IMG/VR virus record: IMGVR_UViG_3300035180_000411
Span: 1 to 58,106 of that record
From: a virus
Taxonomy: Duplodnaviria > Caudoviricetes
Length of the DNA: 58,106 nt
Strand: one strand, 5' to 3'
The position numbers and the translations under genes were made by a program. Positions 38,623 to 46,202 of the stretch are shown here, piece after piece. Each line of letters starts with the position of its first letter. Position 1 is the first letter of the stretch. The notes under the pieces are model-generated. The model was not told the origin of the DNA. It saw only the letters and a program-made list of their open reading frames with translations, and made no database searches.

Positions 38623-38931
38623 TCACTCGCTGACCAGTGCTGTGCGCGCTCGACCCGCTTTCTTGTATATCGGTGTACGCTTGGTACGCTGCGCAATTTT
38701 CTCGCGTACTCTATGCAGGTTGAACCCAAACAGTGTGCACATCCACTGCAGGCTACCGATACACGCGCGATCTTCGCCGAACCAGTTCCGTGCATCGGCC
38801 CGCAGGTTAACATCCTTGGCGTTGTAATCCGCCACCGCAGTAGCCATGACCGATGCCCACAGGCGCATGTATGTCGTGATATCATCCGGGGCGCAAGCAC
38901 AATCCAAATCAGTGTACAAAGTATCTGCCAT
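38623..38931 (-). CDS. Hypothetical phage protein
   Basis: GAGGAG SD; RLWASV..A..D....ARNWF...SLQWMC pattern. Confidence 0.6.
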   Translation of the reverse strand: MADTLYTDLDCACAPDDITTYMRLWASVMATAVADYNAKDVNLRADARNWFGEDRACIGSLQWMCTLFGFNLHRVREKIAQRTKRTPIYKKAGRARTALVSE

Positions 38932-38941
38932 GTTAGTCTCC

Positions 38942-39148
38942 TCACTCCAGCGCTTCAAGCACAGCATCGCCGAACGCTTTGTACGTGTAATCTTCATAAA
39001 ACAATATCAGCAGCCTGCCTACTTCCTGTGTGTCTCCCTTACATATTGCAACCCGTAGGCGTTCCAAGTCAAGAATTTCTGTATCCTGGATTGCATCCAG
39101 TAAGGTTACTACCGTGCCGCGTTCGTTGCAGAGTTCTTGAATCATCAT
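38942..39148 (-). CDS. Hypothetical acidic protein
   Basis: GGAG SD; packed in the operon. Confidence 0.5.
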   Translation of the reverse strand: MMIQELCNERGTVVTLLDAIQDTEILDLERLRVAICKGDTQEVGRLLILFYEDYTYKAFGDAVLEALE

Positions 39149-39177
39149 GATTTCTCCAATTAGGAATTGGGCGATAT

Positions 39178-39561
39178 TCATACTTCCACCGTGATGCAGA
39201 TAGAATCTAGTTCAATTGTCACTAAGTGTTCTGTAACAGCTATGCGCGCCTTAGACTTGGCTTGGTGAGATTCCACCTGTACCTGTGCCTGTGGTCGTAC
39301 TTTTACATGTGGTGTTTTAGCACCCTTCGCTACCTCGTATGCAAATTTCACTTGCGATCCTGGTACGACACAAGGGACCCGTGTCAACTGTCCAGATCGC
39401 CACAAGTCAGACAGTACCTGACTAAGTTTCCCACGGTCTGGGCACACCTCTTGCATCTCAGGAACATCGAACAGATCGAGTACGTTAGTCGGGGTGTCGA
39501 GTGTTTCCAGGATTGAGATAACGCGGTTTTGAATGAGCGCAATTTGTGTAATTTGGTTCAT
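39178..39561 (-). CDS. Probable winged-helix protein
   Basis: LSQVLSDLWRSGQLTRV...FAYE. Confidence 0.55.
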   Translation of the reverse strand: MNQITQIALIQNRVISILETLDTPTNVLDLFDVPEMQEVCPDRGKLSQVLSDLWRSGQLTRVPCVVPGSQVKFAYEVAKGAKTPHVKVRPQAQVQVESHQAKSKARIAVTEHLVTIELDSICITVEV

Positions 39562-39569
39562 GGTAACTC

Positions 39570-39806
39570 CTAGCTAAATAATTGATACGCGGGGTCGGAC
39601 GAGAGGAAGTCTATATTTTCAAGGAGCGTACTCCATCGTCTTTGTCCGTTTTCCCAATTTACATCGACCAAGTTATAGTCTGGTGCGTCGGCAACAACGC
39701 CTATATCCCCTGTATCATAACTAGGATTGTTAGGGTTTGGGGAACGCTTTATAGCGATTACTCTAGCCCCTACAAGAAGGCGCGGGTCGTTTTGGTCTAT
39801 CGGCAT
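39570..39806 (-). CDS. Small SH3/KOW-like protein ending ...DPAYQLFS
   Basis: VGARVIA...GDIGVV...VDVNWENG beta-barrel pattern. Confidence 0.6.
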   Translation of the reverse strand: MPIDQNDPRLLVGARVIAIKRSPNPNNPSYDTGDIGVVADAPDYNLVDVNWENGQRRWSTLLENIDFLSSDPAYQLFS

Positions 39807-39815
39807 GATGATCTC

Positions 39816-40151
39816 CTATACAAACAATGGATCGACGGGCGCTTCTTGACGTTTGCCTACCTCAATCCCTTCGGTGACTAGGCGACCGTCGCCTAAGTAC
39901 CACGTGAAGTTCCGTTGATAAATGCGGGCATCGGTGTAGCTGTTAATTCGGTCCTTCGTGGTGCGTGAGTACCAGTTGCCGGGGTACAGAGTGATACGCC
40001 CGTCGGGATAGAATCTAATAATGTCAGTACGATACAACTGGATCGCCAGGTAATCACCCCTGTCAAAAATACGGGTATTGTTTTCTAGCGGTTTACCGTT
40101 AGCGCGGTTACGCGCCGTGTCGAGTAAGTTTCTTGCCTGAGAGTAATTCAT
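39816..40151 (-). CDS. Hypothetical phage protein ending ...APVDPLFV
   Basis: GxxSRTTKDRIN...IYQRNFTWY pattern; AGGAGG SD. Confidence 0.65.
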   Translation of the reverse strand: MNYSQARNLLDTARNRANGKPLENNTRIFDRGDYLAIQLYRTDIIRFYPDGRITLYPGNWYSRTTKDRINSYTDARIYQRNFTWYLGDGRLVTEGIEVGKRQEAPVDPLFV

Positions 40152-40160
40152 TACATCCTC

Positions 40161-40424
40161 CTAGGAAAAGAGCAAGTACGAAGGGTTCGCATGCACACGT
40201 TCGAAGCGAGTTTCGCTAAAAGCTACGCCGATTATCTGAGCGCCCGCTTCAAGGGTACTGTATTTTGTTGGTGTTATTAGCTCTATGTCGATACGCGGAC
40301 GTGCTCCACTGAGCATATATTTTTTCAACACTTTGAATATGACCCCGTAGAACCCAGGAGAAGTTTCGTCGCTTTTCGTGAACCGGAGGGTGTCTCCCTC
40401 TTGGATATCGTCAAACTTAAGCAT
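40161..40424 (-). CDS. Small beta-barrel-like protein ending ...NPSYLLFS
   Basis: DDIQEGDTLRFT; similar to 43506-43778; GGAGG SD. Confidence 0.6.
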   Translation of the reverse strand: MLKFDDIQEGDTLRFTKSDETSPGFYGVIFKVLKKYMLSGARPRIDIELITPTKYSTLEAGAQIIGVAFSETRFERVHANPSYLLFS

Positions 40425-40425
40425 G

Positions 40426-40680
40426 TCACACCTCCAGCGTAAGCGGAACTACATACCAGAGCGAGTCATCGAGCGCTGCACGACCCCAATCTTTTGCTTC
40501 TTTTTTATTGGTGAACGGGCCGTAGATTACAGCAGGTGTGTCACCTGCTACGATGCAGTATTGTCGATCAAGACGTTCACCGTTGACGCCAAACCCTGAT
40601 ACTTCCATGAACCGTGACAACTTCGACTCGATGCGAATGAGCCTGCTATGCACTTCTTCAATGTCTTTATTTGTTAGCAT
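40426..40680 (-). CDS. Hypothetical protein
   Basis: Short coiled coil plus YGPFT..EA..W pattern. Confidence 0.55.
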   Translation of the reverse strand: MLTNKDIEEVHSRLIRIESKLSRFMEVSGFGVNGERLDRQYCIVAGDTPAVIYGPFTNKKEAKDWGRAALDDSLWYVVPLTLEV

Positions 40681-41650
40681 TTTTTAACCCCTTCTTCGGA
40701 TGGAAGTGCGCATGTATTACAGCGGCCACTTCGTCGCCGTCCCACATACAGGCGCTTTCGAGCTGCGACAAACTCATGTTGCGCAAACGCTCTATGGTCA
40801 GCGGCTTGGTTTTCGTGCGCTTGGTGCCCCAGTCGTACCCTGTGTAAACAGGCGGGATATAAATTTCCTTCGGGTCACGTACTGAGGGTAAACTCTCCCA
40901 GTCAATCTTGACTACGGCGTCACGTAGCGCATGCAAGTGGGCTACATCCAGCCATTCGCTCGGCCCATGCTCGTTGTAGTATCCGCAGCTCAGGTTCGTA
41001 CATTCGGGAATAGTATCCCGGTAATTCGCCGTGTCGGTGAAGCTGCCCGTTGCTGCTGCATACGTCAGCCCCTGTTCCTTGAGTTGTGCTGACAGGGCCT
41101 TGACAAAGATATCTGAGCAGCATCTTCCGCCGCGCTGGAAGTCGATGATATCGCCTGTACCCTTGCGGTCGAATGCCACAGCGCGTTTGAACTGTCCCAG
41201 GAACTCGGTGTTGAACGACAGTGAACGACTACCAAGCCCCCCTATTTCTTCGCTGTGATGGAACACGTAGGTCCCCGGTACATTGGCGTCGATCATCTCA
41301 AGAAGCAGGTACATCCCCGCCCCATCGTCAGCCCCCAGGCAGTCGCGGTCGTAGGTTCCAAACACCGCCAGCCGATCGTGCGAATAAACTAGCGGCTTGA
41401 CCAGTGGTGCGTTGTCCAAGTGTATGCTCTCGAAGTTTTCGTCGTATACAAGGCGCTGAACTCCAGGCTTAGAATGCACCGTGTCGGTGTGGCATGAGAA
41501 CAGCGTAGTGGATTCCCCGACCTTAATCACTACGTTACCATTCATCAAGGTATGCGGATACTTGTCCGTGATTACTTCCTTGATAACAAATGCCTCTGAT
41601 GTTGACCCCGCCGGGCGCCGATGGCTCAAGATTTTAATAAGTCTGTCCAT
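40667..41650 (-). CDS. Zinc metallopeptidase, M28/M20 clan
   Basis: CHTDTVH, LGADDGAG, EEIG, FDRKG, TDTA and GYYNEH metal-ligand motifs. Confidence 0.85.
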   Translation of the reverse strand: MDRLIKILSHRRPAGSTSEAFVIKEVITDKYPHTLMNGNVVIKVGESTTLFSCHTDTVHSKPGVQRLVYDENFESIHLDNAPLVKPLVYSHDRLAVFGTYDRDCLGADDGAGMYLLLEMIDANVPGTYVFHHSEEIGGLGSRSLSFNTEFLGQFKRAVAFDRKGTGDIIDFQRGGRCCSDIFVKALSAQLKEQGLTYAAATGSFTDTANYRDTIPECTNLSCGYYNEHGPSEWLDVAHLHALRDAVVKIDWESLPSVRDPKEIYIPPVYTGYDWGTKRTKTKPLTIERLRNMSLSQLESACMWDGDEVAAVIHAHFHPKKGLKNANK

Positions 41651-41660
41651 GATGATTCCT

Positions 41661-41903
41661 CTAAGTAAACAGCGCGTCTGCAGGATTTCGGCGTGTGAGA
41701 TTTTTCAGCTCGTTTTTATCTACTATATAGTTGACACGGTTTCTAGTATCGAAATTTATTCGCAACGCTCCGGGATACTCAGTTTCGTCGCGGTGAAGGG
41801 ATGGCATGACTATCCCTTCATCTCCGTCCACATAGTCGCCGTATACACATCTCCGCTCGTCAAGGGAGACGCGCACCCTGTCGCCTACTCTAAATTCAGG
41901 CAT
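41661..41903 (-). CDS. Small SH3/KOW-like protein ending ...NPADALFT
   Basis: FRVGDRVRV...GDEGIV...INFD pattern; AAGGAG SD. Confidence 0.6.
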   Translation of the reverse strand: MPEFRVGDRVRVSLDERRCVYGDYVDGDEGIVMPSLHRDETEYPGALRINFDTRNRVNYIVDKNELKNLTRRNPADALFT

Positions 41904-41914
41904 GTCGGTCTCCT

Positions 41915-43492
41915 TTATTCGTTATCCAGCATGTTGCGAATATCCCAGACCGGATCGAACTTCGCACGCAGTGCTTCCGCTAACTTGCTGTTCGACAGAT
42001 TGAGTAGATAGTAAACAGTGGACCACGTATCAATACGTGTAGTACCCGCCCGGTGCTTGGATTTCACCACGTCCTGCAGAAACGCCATCAGTGTTTGCGT
42101 TTCCATCTTGGTCGGCACGCAGTGCGGATGGTACAGCGCCTTGGAATATGCGTCCCCGCCTACGCGCCAGGTATTGGTTCGGATTTCATCCGGCATTGCG
42201 AAGACCCGTACACCGTCTTTGATTCCGCAGCAGAACGCCCCGCCTGCGTTCCGGATAAATCCTTCCTTGTGGTGCGGCAGTGCGTTGTTTCTATGTGTCC
42301 ATACTCCACCCCGGAGTTGTACTAACCCGAGAGCTTCTTTATCTACAGTATTAAGGTATCGAACCCCGTCGATGACTATGGTGTTTTCTCGCCTGGCATA
42401 CATATCTATTGAGTCACTAATACGTGTCGCCGTGTAATGCGTGTCCCTACAGCTCGCGCAAACTTTTCCTCCTTCATGCACAGGTGTGAGCTTGCGTGGG
42501 CTAAACATATCTCCGCAGCAAACACAGGGTTCATGCCCAGCAGGGTTTTCGATATACACCCTACCTTCACGGGTAGCTGCAGCGCTATCCCCACTTTTCG
42601 CTATACGGATATAGTCACCGTCGATCTTCACCGTTTGCACAGGAGTATCGAGGTACGGCAGGATGTAGAAATCCGGTTTTCCCGGCGCCGGCAATTTCAG
42701 TAACCGAGCACCATCAAGCCCTAGCGCCTCACTTCCTCGGCTGTATTCATCTACGAAGCCCATTTCCCTGAGCCGGGCGGCGAGCATTGAATCTCCGTAC
42801 ACACGGGTGTACCTGGGGGGTGTTACTCCGATATGGCAGACAGTTCGGGCGTTGATTCGTCCATCCCGCCGTGTGTACGCCACGACAGTGTCCGGCCCTG
42901 CATACGCACGAACCGGGTGAACGCCTCCGGTGTTTACTTCCCAATACCGCATTTGATCCGCTCTACCGTCCATGCAGCTCTGCGGGCCGTTGCGGTATAC
43001 TTCTTCGATTTCGTCTTCGGTAGAGGCCCAGAGTACCAGACCCTCTTCGCACTTCTCGCGGTGCCGGTCTACCCACTGTTTGATTGCCTCGTTGTCGAGG
43101 TGCTCGGCGTAGTATTTCTGCAGGTACTTCCCTACCTTCATGCGGATTTGTACGTCCTGTCGCCCCTTTTCAGGGTTTGGCGTGTACGCGATCATACTGT
43201 TATCGTCGTCGCTTACGTGGACGAAATGGAGCGGGTCTACCCACGGCTCCGATGCGAATACTACCGGCGTGTAGGTGTGTATGAGTGTTTTCAGTTTGGC
43301 GTTGTCCGAACTACGAATGAGTTCACGCCAAATCCAGAAGTTTTCTTCGTTAGGCCCAGCGTTGCCTGCGAGTTCATAGTATTTAATTGTTTTCTCATAC
43401 GCAGGGCGTATACCGCAGGTTGTGGGGAATGTCCAGAAGCTGTCCAGCCATTCGTTGTATTGTTCAAGATTCGTTACTTTGTTTTTGCTCAT
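41915..43492 (-). CDS. 525-aa protein with SCM motif (PcfJ-like?) and Zn-ribbon
   Basis: MKVGKYL, YRNGPQSCM, ARTV, RVYG, PYLD, CxCC...CxxC. Confidence 0.6.
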   Translation of the reverse strand: MSKNKVTNLEQYNEWLDSFWTFPTTCGIRPAYEKTIKYYELAGNAGPNEENFWIWRELIRSSDNAKLKTLIHTYTPVVFASEPWVDPLHFVHVSDDDNSMIAYTPNPEKGRQDVQIRMKVGKYLQKYYAEHLDNEAIKQWVDRHREKCEEGLVLWASTEDEIEEVYRNGPQSCMDGRADQMRYWEVNTGGVHPVRAYAGPDTVVAYTRRDGRINARTVCHIGVTPPRYTRVYGDSMLAARLREMGFVDEYSRGSEALGLDGARLLKLPAPGKPDFYILPYLDTPVQTVKIDGDYIRIAKSGDSAAATREGRVYIENPAGHEPCVCCGDMFSPRKLTPVHEGGKVCASCRDTHYTATRISDSIDMYARRENTIVIDGVRYLNTVDKEALGLVQLRGGVWTHRNNALPHHKEGFIRNAGGAFCCGIKDGVRVFAMPDEIRTNTWRVGGDAYSKALYHPHCVPTKMETQTLMAFLQDVVKSKHRAGTTRIDTWSTVYYLLNLSNSKLAEALRAKFDPVWDIRNMLDNE

Positions 43493-43505
43493 TTTAGTTA
43501 AGCTC

Positions 43506-43778
43506 CTAACTAAATAATTGATCGGATGCGCTCTGTACGCGCGGGTATCGTTCGAAGTATTTTACGTTCATGGGGAGTTGCGCCCCTATTTTATTTCCTA
43601 AGCTATGGGTTCCATCGGCTTGCTCGATGAGTTCGATGAATTCGAACATGTAGTGTGTATTCGAATGTCCGCTACGGTGAGTAGCTCGGGCAACTAGCCC
43701 TACCCAGGAAGGGAAAGCCGGGTCTGTAAATACATATAGCTCGCCAGGGACGATATCATCTACTGTCAGTTTAGGCAT
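43506..43778 (-). CDS. Small beta-barrel-like protein ending ...SASDQLFS
   Basis: DDIVPGELYVFT; similar to 40161-40424; AGGAG SD. Confidence 0.6.
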   Translation of the reverse strand: MPKLTVDDIVPGELYVFTDPAFPSWVGLVARATHRSGHSNTHYMFEFIELIEQADGTHSLGNKIGAQLPMNVKYFERYPRVQSASDQLFS

Positions 43779-43792
43779 ACTGACTCCTAAAT

Positions 43793-43821
43793 AAAAGGCG
43801 GGGCGTTATGAGCGCCCCGCC
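43793..43821 (-). terminator. Intrinsic terminator-like hairpin
   Basis: 9-bp stem ggcggggcg/cgccccgcc, then TTTTATTT on the minus strand. Confidence 0.7.
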
Positions 43822-43836
43822 AAGACCCGTAATGAA

Positions 43837-44196
43837 TTAGGGCAGGAGCGCGAGCACGTGGTTGTCCAGGTCGTTCGCTGTCAATGATACGAGCTTGCGC
43901 GTATCGTCACGACGGACAAACACTGCCTTCTCGTCACCCGTGGCGTCGCGGTTGAGGCGCTCAACTACGCCTTTGAACTCAAACTTGGCACCACGCCAAT
44001 GGACGTAGTCACCTACTTCCACTCCGCAGAAGTCCTCGGAGGTGATGCGTGCATATGGTTCGTCCTGTTCAGGCGCTGAGGCGACTTGTTCGGTGACCAG
44101 TGCTGGCGCGGATTTTTCCGGGGCGGACTGTCCCATGCCTGCGAGCACGGCAAAGAAGTCTACGGTGGGGTTTTCAATAACGACGGTGATCTTCAT
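43837..44196 (-). CDS. Hypothetical early protein with SH3-like C-terminal part
   Basis: AAGGAG SD; VEVGDYVHW....KGVVER. Confidence 0.6.
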   Translation of the reverse strand: MKITVVIENPTVDFFAVLAGMGQSAPEKSAPALVTEQVASAPEQDEPYARITSEDFCGVEVGDYVHWRGAKFEFKGVVERLNRDATGDEKAVFVRRDDTRKLVSLTANDLDNHVLALLP

Positions 44197-44265
44197 GGTA
44201 ATTCTCCTTGGTTAAATTAAATTGTGAGTCAATACTACACGGTGCGCCTCGCGGCGTTAGTTAGT

Positions 44266-44400
44266 TCATGCGATGCAAACTATCTTCAGTCTGCCGTTAG
44301 ACAGACCTAGAAAGTCTACCGCAAGAATGAGGGCCTCGACAGAATGCGAGGCGAAAACGGTTAACTGTTCGGTTTTGTTAGACACAATATAGGTGTGCAT
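44266..44400 (-). CDS. Small hypothetical protein (44 aa)
   Basis: GAGG SD before ATG 44400 (MHTYIVSNK...). Confidence 0.4.
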   Translation of the reverse strand: MHTYIVSNKTEQLTVFASHSVEALILAVDFLGLSNGRLKIVCIA

Positions 44401-44454
44401 GATGCTACCTCGGGGGTGGTTTGTAGGCGCGGGGTGAGCTACCTTGGCAGGTTT

Positions 44455-44845
44455 TGTTAGCAATTATCCAAATGTTAGCCCCTAATTAGAAAATGGGGCA
44501 TTTTTTAAGTGCTTGATTTTTCAATAATTATCCAATTATCCAATTATCCGCGAGAACAAACGCAAATTTGAAGTAACTTTTTCTACGGTGTGTTAACTCG
44601 TTAGCTCGTAGATTTTTACCGCTACACGGGGTTTTATATATATACGTATTTCTAATTGTATAAATAGGGGCTAACAAGTCCACTCCGGCTAGTGTTTATA
44701 GGGCTTCCAGCCTGTTAGCTCGTTTTCTAAAACCCCGGATAATTGGATAATTACCTGTAGGTGTTAGCTCGCTACGCGCGCAAGTCCTTGATTTTGCTTG
44801 TGAGTAGCTAACAGAGTGAGCTAACATCCGATGGATGTTAGCTCA
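44455..44845. repeat. AT-rich region with direct and inverted repeats; candidate replication origin
   Basis: AATTATCC x4 forward and x2 inverted; TGTTAGC about 8 times in both orientations; two WATCAANNNNTTR matches; 13-bp perfect inverted repeat at 44817-44845. Confidence 0.7.
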
Positions 44846-44875
44846 TGAAATGCGAAAGGCCGACGTAGCGCCGCG

Positions 44876-45055
44876 CTATCCTTGCCTGGCGCGGTAGTAT
44901 GCGTCCTGGTCGGCGAGGTGCTGAACCTCCCCTGGCACTGGATAGCCGGTGGGATACCAAAGATTGCATCTTTGGCCATCTATGCTGCTTTCATACGTGG
45001 CATTGATCTTGCCTTCTGTTTCGTAGCGTGCCGCTATGAGAATCCATGTTTCCAT
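44876..45055 (-). CDS. Small hypothetical early protein
   Basis: GGAGAAGG SD before ATG 45055. Confidence 0.55.
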   Translation of the reverse strand: METWILIAARYETEGKINATYESSIDGQRCNLWYPTGYPVPGEVQHLADQDAYYRARQG

Positions 45056-45065
45056 TTCCTTCTCC

Positions 45066-45100
45066 AAAAAACAAAGGGGCTATGGTTATCCATAGCCCCT
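45066..45100 (-). terminator. Intrinsic terminator-like hairpin
   Basis: 11-bp stem aggggctatgg/ccatagcccct, then TTGTTTTTT on the minus strand. Confidence 0.65.
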
Positions 45101-45157
45101 AGAATCAATTAAAACAGGGCAAGAACGCATCGGCGCGCCTCACCCCTTGCCACCCTA

Positions 45158-45721
45158 TTATGCCGCGATGCGAAGAGGCTGAAAGGCCGCTATACGCATT
45201 TCTGTGAGGTATTGCGCCAAGGCCAGCGCTTCCTCTTCGCTGGTTTCAATCAGTTCACCCTTCACGACGAGTCCGTACAGTACCGGATTAGCCGTTACAT
45301 ATTCGCCTTCGATAACTTCTGGTTCGGATTCCACGGGTTCAGCCACCGGCGCGGACTCCGCAACAGGCGCGGGTTTTGCGGCGGCCTTCCTTGCCGCTCG
45401 TTGTTCCTTCTGGATTCTCCGAACTTCAGCTTGTGCCGCGAATACTGCCGCCGTCATTGCCTGTGCCATGTTCTCGGCACGGGCTTCAGTCATGGAGAGG
45501 TCGCGTTTTCCCGTATTCATCGGCAGCTTTTTCAGCTTCTCCCCAAGCCAAGCCGGCGCGGCCTCAACCAATTGCGCTTTAAGATTCACCCGCGCGCCAT
45601 CCACCACCCGGCCATTCCTGTGATACTGGATCAGCACGTATGCTACAGCTTCCTGTACTGCTTCCTGCAATGCCTCATCAGATTTTTTAATAGCGGCCAG
45701 CAATTGATTAAACGATTTCAT
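45158..45721 (-). CDS. Hypothetical early protein (helical, Ala/Glu-rich)
   Basis: GGGAG SD; 187 aa. Confidence 0.65.
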   Translation of the reverse strand: MKSFNQLLAAIKKSDEALQEAVQEAVAYVLIQYHRNGRVVDGARVNLKAQLVEAAPAWLGEKLKKLPMNTGKRDLSMTEARAENMAQAMTAAVFAAQAEVRRIQKEQRAARKAAAKPAPVAESAPVAEPVESEPEVIEGEYVTANPVLYGLVVKGELIETSEEEALALAQYLTEMRIAAFQPLRIAA

Positions 45722-45755
45722 GATTTTTCTCCCAAGTAATTAACTAAACAAAGAA

Positions 45756-45779
45756 TCACAGGCGAATATTCGCCTGTGA
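45756..45779. terminator. Perfect 24-bp palindrome (terminator or operator)
   Basis: tcacaggcgaat|attcgcctgtga. Confidence 0.6.
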
Positions 45780-45786
45780 GATCACG

Positions 45787-46140
45787 TTACACGGCAGGGA
45801 TAAACCCTGCACGTTTTGCCTTCTTCCCCTTTTTTTGGGTGGAGAAAGCAAAGACTGGTTCCATCCCCCCGCGCTTCAGGTCCCTAATCAACGCGGGGAT
45901 AAGCCAAGAAGGCCCATCAATCAGCACTTGGGAAGGTTTTTCACCTTCAAAGCCGTGGTTAATTACATATAAGGCGATGAAGGCAGTAACCGCCGCGCGG
46001 GAATCGATTTCCGCTGGCGACGGGGTTTTATCGAAGGACAGCAGGGCGCGAATCGTGCTATGGTCAGCAGCGGGCATGTCAACCACTCCCGCTTTAACTT
46101 GTTCAGGCGTGGCCTTGCGGGATGTCAGATTCAAAATCAT
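45787..46140 (-). CDS. First early gene; resembles Csx20/Crn1-like (minimal CARF) ring-nuclease family
   Basis: ILNLT..ATPEQ..AGVVD, VLIDGPSWL, G..PVFAFS pattern; recognised from memory only. Confidence 0.45.
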   Translation of the reverse strand: MILNLTSRKATPEQVKAGVVDMPAADHSTIRALLSFDKTPSPAEIDSRAAVTAFIALYVINHGFEGEKPSQVLIDGPSWLIPALIRDLKRGGMEPVFAFSTQKKGKKAKRAGFIPAV

Positions 46141-46167
46141 GGCTTGTTCTCCCAAGTAATTAACTAA

Positions 46168-46202
46168 ACAAAAAAGAGGCTACGAAAAAATCCGTAGCCT
46201 CT
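46168..46202 (-). terminator. Intrinsic terminator
   Basis: 10-bp stem agaggctacg/cgtagcctct followed by a T-run on the minus strand. Confidence 0.7.

Larger units (their letters stand above)
45727..46172 (-). repeat. 26-nt direct repeat containing the SD, upstream of two consecutive early genes
   Basis: ttctcccaagtaattaactaaacaaa at 45727-45752 and 46147-46172. Confidence 0.9.

Noticed and set aside
25352-43501. Numerous + strand ORFs opposite the replication and early genes (and - strand ORFs opposite structural genes)
   Set aside because: They are antisense shadows of well-supported genes and lack SD sequences or recognisable motifs.
39570-43778. Amber (TAG) recoding suggested by the shared TAG stops
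   Set aside because: TAG overlaps the next gene's SD, long genes elsewhere are not interrupted by TAG, and no suppressor tRNA was seen.
44462-44752. Repeats as a CRISPR or mini-CRISPR array
   Set aside because: Units are 7-8 nt, tandem or inverted, with no regular unique spacers.
45727-46172. 26-nt repeat pair as CRISPR repeats or att sites
   Set aside because: The copies are 420 nt apart, each contains an SD, and no integrase is present.
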